DNA of 33,719 nt, taken from an uncultured Burkholderiaceae bacterium. Its GTDB lineage: Bacteria; Pseudomonadota; Gammaproteobacteria; Burkholderiales; Burkholderiaceae_C. The notes under the pieces were generated by a model. It saw only the letters and a program-made list of their open reading frames with translations. It was not told the DNA's origin and ran no database searches. How positions within the stretch are numbered: position 1 is the stretch's first letter; each line of letters begins with the position of its first letter. The translations under genes were made by a program, and so were the position numbers. The stretch is from NCBI GenBank assembly GCA_964485225.1, contig CAZAIR010000001.1, forward strand, positions 1-33,719, written 5' to 3'. Positions 28,145-33,719 of the stretch are shown one piece after another.

Positions 28145-28792
28145 ATGTACGCCGCTTTTCTGCTCCGCTCCACCGACGCTGCCTTGCAGCGCACCAAAGA
28201 CCAGGTTTTGGCCTTGCCAGACTGGGAGTTGGCAGGGGGCGCTACGCAGTGGCACGAGGCCCTGGAGCGCCTGCCGCTGCTGCAACCCGACGCCTTGGTG
28301 ACCGATCTGCGCTTGGGCGATCACACCGCAGACCGCTTGTTGCAAGCACTCGCGCGCCGAGGCCTGCGTGTGCCCACCTTGGTGCTGGTGGCCAGCAACG
28401 AAGATCCTCTCCTGCTCCAAGCCCTGTGGCACGGTGCCCTAGGGTACTTGGCTGAAACCGGCCCGCGCAGCAATCTCGGCCACGCTTTGGCAGCTTTGCG
28501 ACAAGGCCGCGCCTCGCTCACCCCCGCGCAATCGCGCGAGTTGTTGGCCCAGTTGGGCACGCCGCGCTTGGCCGTGGCGGCTGCCGCACGGCGCGAGCTG
28601 GCCATCGATGCCCAAGCGGTTGGGCCTTGGCTGAGCCGGGCACAGCAGGCCTTGTTGAGCCTCTTGGCGCACGGCTGGTTGCCCCGCGAAGTGGGCGCGG
28701 CATGGCAAATGGCGGTTGAGGACGTGGAGCGCCGGGTGGCGCAACTGCTTCGCGTGCTGCAACAGCAGCAGCGGATGCTGCAGGCCGCCTAA
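28145..28792 (+). CDS. Atypical NarL/LuxR-family response regulator
   Basis: PDALVTDLRLGD receiver core, AL..GA.GYL, C-terminal LS..Q..LL.LLA.G....EV..........V...V..L LuxR-like HTH; the canonical acidic pair and Lys are missing. Confidence 0.7.
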   Translation: MYAAFLLRSTDAALQRTKDQVLALPDWELAGGATQWHEALERLPLLQPDALVTDLRLGDHTADRLLQALARRGLRVPTLVLVASNEDPLLLQALWHGALGYLAETGPRSNLGHALAALRQGRASLTPAQSRELLAQLGTPRLAVAAAARRELAIDAQAVGPWLSRAQQALLSLLAHGWLPREVGAAWQMAVEDVERRVAQLLRVLQQQQRMLQAA

Positions 28793-28808
28793 CGCGGTTC
28801 GGCGCGTT
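28791..28808. terminator. Short hairpin between convergent genes
   Basis: AACGCG-GTTCGG-CGCGTT; no clear U-tract. Confidence 0.35.
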
Positions 28809-28815
28809 GGCGCCC

Positions 28816-29439
28816 TCAGCGCGGCAGGGTTTCAGCGAAGCTTTGGCGCTGGTTCAGCTTGTCGAGGTGGCGAGCGAGGTTTGGATGCTCGTCGGCCCAA
28901 GCCAAGTCTGGGAAACGGAAGCGCAGCCAATCCAGGCAGCAGCCCACCGCGATGTCGGCCAGTGAAAAGTGTTGGCCCGAGGCCCAGGTCTTGTCCCCCA
29001 AAGCGGCGGCCATGGCTGCCAAGCCCGCCTTCACCTTGCCGTTTTGGCGTGCCATCCAAGCCTTCGATCGCTGCTCGGCTGTGCGGTGCGGCCAAGTGCC
29101 TTCGAGCCGCTGCAGCACAGCGGCGTCCAGGATGCCATCGGCCAGGGCTTCCCAGGTGCGCACCTCAGCGCGTTCGCGGCCTTTGTCGGGGATCAGCTTG
29201 CCCACCGGCGACAGGGTGTCCAGGTACTCGACGATCACGCGCGAGTCGAACATCGCGCCGGTGATTGAGTCTTGTCCTTCCATCACCAGGCAAGGCACTT
29301 TGCCCAGCGGGTTCATCCGCAGGATGTTGTCGTGGGCCCAGACGTCCTCCAGCACGAAATGGAAATCGAGCTTTTTCTCGGCCAGCACGATCCGCACTTT
29401 GCGCACGAACGGGCTGGTGGTGGAGCCGATGAGCTTCAT
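28816..29439 (-). CDS. Glutathione S-transferase family protein
   Basis: MKLIGS.TSPFVRKVRIVL.EK, NPLGKVPCL, FDSRVIVEYLD, FSLADIA. Confidence 0.93.
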   Translation of the reverse strand: MKLIGSTTSPFVRKVRIVLAEKKLDFHFVLEDVWAHDNILRMNPLGKVPCLVMEGQDSITGAMFDSRVIVEYLDTLSPVGKLIPDKGRERAEVRTWEALADGILDAAVLQRLEGTWPHRTAEQRSKAWMARQNGKVKAGLAAMAAALGDKTWASGQHFSLADIAVGCCLDWLRFRFPDLAWADEHPNLARHLDKLNQRQSFAETLPR

Positions 29440-29613
29440 GGCGGCCATCTTGTTCGATCCCTCATCACCCCCCGGGGAGGGGTCTCGCGGCCATTCTAGG
29501 CAGCGGTTTTTGGGTCGATTCCCCTAGAACAACCACTTGTTCGAGGGCTGCTTGACGAGGGCTTGACAACGGCAGAATCCGCCGCTTCGTCAAAAACAAA
29601 TCAACCAGGGACC

Positions 29614-30780
29614 ATGTCAGATTTCACCAGCACCGCTCAAGCGGCCTCGCGCCGCGAACTGCCGCTCTCGTTCACTGCCAGCGGCAGTGAGTACTTCCGC
29701 ATTTGGATCGTCAACCTGCTGTTGACCATCGTCACGCTGGGGCTGTACCTGCCCTTTGCCAAGGCGCGGCGCTTGCGCTACTTCTACGCCAACACGCTGG
29801 TGGATGACCAAGCACTGGCTTTCCACGGTGACCCCTGGAAGATGTTCCGCGGCCACCTGCTGGTGATGGGCATGGCCTTGATTTACTTTTTCGCCAGCCA
29901 CACCGCCCCGGTGGTGGGGGTGGTGATCGCTTTGCTGCTGATGGCCGTATGGCCGGCGCTGTGGCGCAGCAGCCTGATCTTTCGCATGCGCAACACCAGC
30001 TGGCGTGGCCTGCGCTTCGATTTCACGGGCAGCCTGGGGGGTGCTTACAAGGTGTTCTTGCCCTGGTTCGGCTTCGTGGTCTTGCTGGGCGTGGTGATGG
30101 CGCTGGTGTTCCCGCAAATGGACATCAAGCGCGGCGGCCAAGGCTTGGGCGCTGGCATCGTGACCTTCGTGACCGTGTTCTACCTCGGCATCGTTGTGGC
30201 GATGGCCGTGACCTGGGTGTGGCTCAAGCGCTACCAGCACAACGGCTACCGCTTGGCCAACCAGCAAGCCTCGCTGGACATGGGCGTGGGCGCGGTGCTG
30301 ATGATTGGCCTGAAGGCGCTGGGCTTGACACTGCTGGCCATGTTGGCTTTGGTTATCGGTGCGGCCGTGGCGGGTGCGGTGGGCATGTTCAGTGGCGGGC
30401 GCTCGGCCGCTGCTGTGGGTGCGGTGTTGGCGGTGGTCGGTTTCTACGCGGTGCTGCTCTTTGTATGGGGCCCCTATTTCGCGGCGCGCTTCCAAGACCT
30501 GTTGTGGTCGAACACGCGCACGCAGAACTTGGTCATGCGCAGCCGGCTGTCGGCCCGCAGCTTGGGTCTGTTGACGCTGAAGAACTGGGTGCTGATCGTG
30601 CTGACGCTGGGCCTGTACCGGCCGTTTGCCGTGGTGGCCACCACGCGCATGAAGTTGCACGCCATCGAACTGGCAGTGCATGGTGACGTGGCGAACTGGT
30701 TGGGCGAGGCCGTGGGCGCGCGCGACAACGCAGTCGGTGAAATGGCTGGCGATTTCTTCGGTTTCGACGTGGGCCTTTGA
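29614..30780 (+). CDS. YjgN/DUF898 family inner-membrane protein
   Basis: F..SGSEYFRIWIVNLLLTIVTLGLY.P.AK.R..RYFY.NT, NTSWRGLRF.F.G, a second TLGLY.P repeat. Confidence 0.9.
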   Translation: MSDFTSTAQAASRRELPLSFTASGSEYFRIWIVNLLLTIVTLGLYLPFAKARRLRYFYANTLVDDQALAFHGDPWKMFRGHLLVMGMALIYFFASHTAPVVGVVIALLLMAVWPALWRSSLIFRMRNTSWRGLRFDFTGSLGGAYKVFLPWFGFVVLLGVVMALVFPQMDIKRGGQGLGAGIVTFVTVFYLGIVVAMAVTWVWLKRYQHNGYRLANQQASLDMGVGAVLMIGLKALGLTLLAMLALVIGAAVAGAVGMFSGGRSAAAVGAVLAVVGFYAVLLFVWGPYFAARFQDLLWSNTRTQNLVMRSRLSARSLGLLTLKNWVLIVLTLGLYRPFAVVATTRMKLHAIELAVHGDVANWLGEAVGARDNAVGEMAGDFFGFDVGL

Positions 30781-30783
30781 GGC

Positions 30784-31845
30784 TTGGATGAGCGCCTGAT
30801 GGAGCCCTTGCAAGCCCGCTGGTTCGACGGACGCAGCCCCCAGCCGCGTCCGTGCCGGCTGGACCGTTTGCCCGACGGGCAGTTGCACCTGCAGCCAGAG
30901 GCCGAGGGCGAGCTGGCGCGGGTCTACCCAGCGGCTCAAGTGCAGTGGCCCGAGCGCACGCGCCACGGCCGCCGTCAGATCGTGCTGCCTGACGGCGGCA
31001 CCGTTGATCTGCCCAATGCACAGGCTTGGGACGCTTGGGCCCTGGCCCATGGTTTGGGCGAGCCGATGGCAGTGCGCTGGGCCGCCAGTTGGCGCATGAC
31101 GTTGATCAGTGGCGTTTTGCTGTTGCTGACGGCGGTGGTGATGTGGCGCTGGGTGCTGCCCTGGGGGGCCGAGGCCGCCACCGCCTTGGTGCCTGAGGCG
31201 CTAGAGCGCCGCATTGGCGAGCACGCGCTGAGCGAGGTCGAGCGACTGTGGCTGGAGCCCAGCCAACTGGCACCTGAAGAGCAGGCGCGGATTCGCGCCC
31301 GCGTGGCGCGCATGGCCGGTGCCGCCTATCCCGAGGGGACTCCCCGCTACCGCATTCACTTCCGCGATGGCGGCAAGGCCTTGGGGCCGAATGCTTTTGC
31401 GCTGCCTGGCGGCGACATCGTCATCACCGATGCCTTGGTGAAGATGCTGCGTGAGCCGGGTGAGTCGGTGTCGCCCGCCTTGCTGGGTGTGGTGGCCCAT
31501 GAGCTGGGTCACGTGCGCCACCAGCACGGTTTGAAGATGGTGTTCCGTACCGGTGCCACTGGCGCCCTGATCGGCCTGTGGATCGGCGACTACTCGACCG
31601 TGTTGGCCACCATCCCCACTTGGTTGGCGCAGGCTGGTTACAGCCGTGAAGCCGAGCGCGAGGCGGACGACGAGGCGCTGCGCGTCATGCGCGAAGCGGG
31701 CATCGATCCGCGCTCGATGGTGGTGTTCTTCCAGCGCATGCAGCGCGAGCTGCCGGAGCGCAAAGGCGACGACCGGATGATGGGCTTGGCCTCGCACCCA
31801 GCCGACAGCGAGCGCATCCGCCTGTTCGAGACCGGCCAGCGCTGA
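30784..31845 (+). CDS. M48 family zinc metallopeptidase (start 30784 or 30799)
   Basis: PNAFALPGG.I, HELGH, YSRE.E.EAD, SHP...ER; usual partner of DUF898 genes. Confidence 0.92.
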   Translation: MDERLMEPLQARWFDGRSPQPRPCRLDRLPDGQLHLQPEAEGELARVYPAAQVQWPERTRHGRRQIVLPDGGTVDLPNAQAWDAWALAHGLGEPMAVRWAASWRMTLISGVLLLLTAVVMWRWVLPWGAEAATALVPEALERRIGEHALSEVERLWLEPSQLAPEEQARIRARVARMAGAAYPEGTPRYRIHFRDGGKALGPNAFALPGGDIVITDALVKMLREPGESVSPALLGVVAHELGHVRHQHGLKMVFRTGATGALIGLWIGDYSTVLATIPTWLAQAGYSREAEREADDEALRVMREAGIDPRSMVVFFQRMQRELPERKGDDRMMGLASHPADSERIRLFETGQR

Positions 31846-31852
31846 GCGGCCT

Positions 31853-33304
<1,452 letters not shown>

Positions 33305-33318
33305 GCCGCAGCCTCGCG

Positions 33319-33669
33319 ATGAACACGCGGCTGGTTTACAGCACGGACGCCGGCCGCATCTGCCCGGGTTGCGGCCGCGCCGTGGCCGACTGCCGCTGCA
33401 AGGCCAACGCCCAGCCTGTGGGCGACGGCAAGGTGCGTGTCAGCCTCGACACCAAGGGCCGCAAGGGCAAGGGCGTCACCGTGGTCAAAGGCCTACCCCT
33501 GGCGCCCGACGCCCTCGAGGCCTTGGGAAAGCAGCTCAAGGCCGCTTGCGGCAGTGGCGGCACGGTGAAGGACGGCTGCATCGAGGTGCAGGGCGACCAC
33601 GTCGAGAAGGTGCTGGCCTGGTTGGCGGCGCGGCCCGAGGGCTGGAAGCCCAAGCGCGCGGGCGGCTGA
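33319..33669 (+). CDS. yciH: SUI1/eIF1-family translation factor YciH
   Basis: LVYSTD.GR, GDG.VRV....KGRKGKGVT.V.GL, LK..CG.GGTVKDG.IEVQGDH, ending K.AGG. Confidence 0.93.
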   Translation: MNTRLVYSTDAGRICPGCGRAVADCRCKANAQPVGDGKVRVSLDTKGRKGKGVTVVKGLPLAPDALEALGKQLKAACGSGGTVKDGCIEVQGDHVEKVLAWLAARPEGWKPKRAGG

Positions 33670-33685
33670 AGGCCCGCCCACGCGC

Positions 33686-33718
33686 CTAGAGCCGCAGGCG
33701 CCAGCAGTTGGACGGCCC
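33686..33718 (-). CDS. Possible 3' end of a convergent gene truncated by the window
   Basis: Frame GPSNCWRLRL* with GC-ending codons; too short to identify. Confidence 0.25.
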   Translation of the reverse strand, partial: GPSNCWRLRL

Positions 33719-33719
33719 G

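Noticed and set aside
16429-31845. Protease-rich neighbourhood (caspases, SppA, M48) as one system or as T2SS cargo
   Set aside because: They sit in separate operons with ordinary partners, and the caspase-like proteins lack signal peptides.

Overview
High-GC betaproteobacterial chromosome segment. Gene content and an intergenic repeat suggest Burkholderiales, but this is not verified. In order it holds: the 3' end of a hybrid histidine kinase; a type II secretion cluster (gspG-H-I-J-K-L-M-N-D-E-F on the minus strand, with a divergent PDZ-less gspC-like gene); a lipid A modification module (dgkA, sensor kinase and OmpR-family regulator, divergent from eptA and a PAP2 gene); a translationally coupled pair of clan CD caspase-like proteases (a C14 metacaspase and an ~860 aa CHAT/TPR-like protein); kefF-kefC; sppA-metX-metW; an FMN-binding glutamate synthase-family gene; an atypical NarL/LuxR regulator; GST; yjgN/DUF898 with an M48 peptidase; purB; and yciH/SUI1. 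The best candidate for an undescribed system is the metacaspase-CHAT operon. It has a cryptic TGA-interrupted reading frame upstream and shares a promoter architecture with the atypical NarL-type gene 8 kb away. No tRNA, rRNA, CRISPR array, transposase or integrase was seen. All calls come from motif recognition by eye; no database searches were run.
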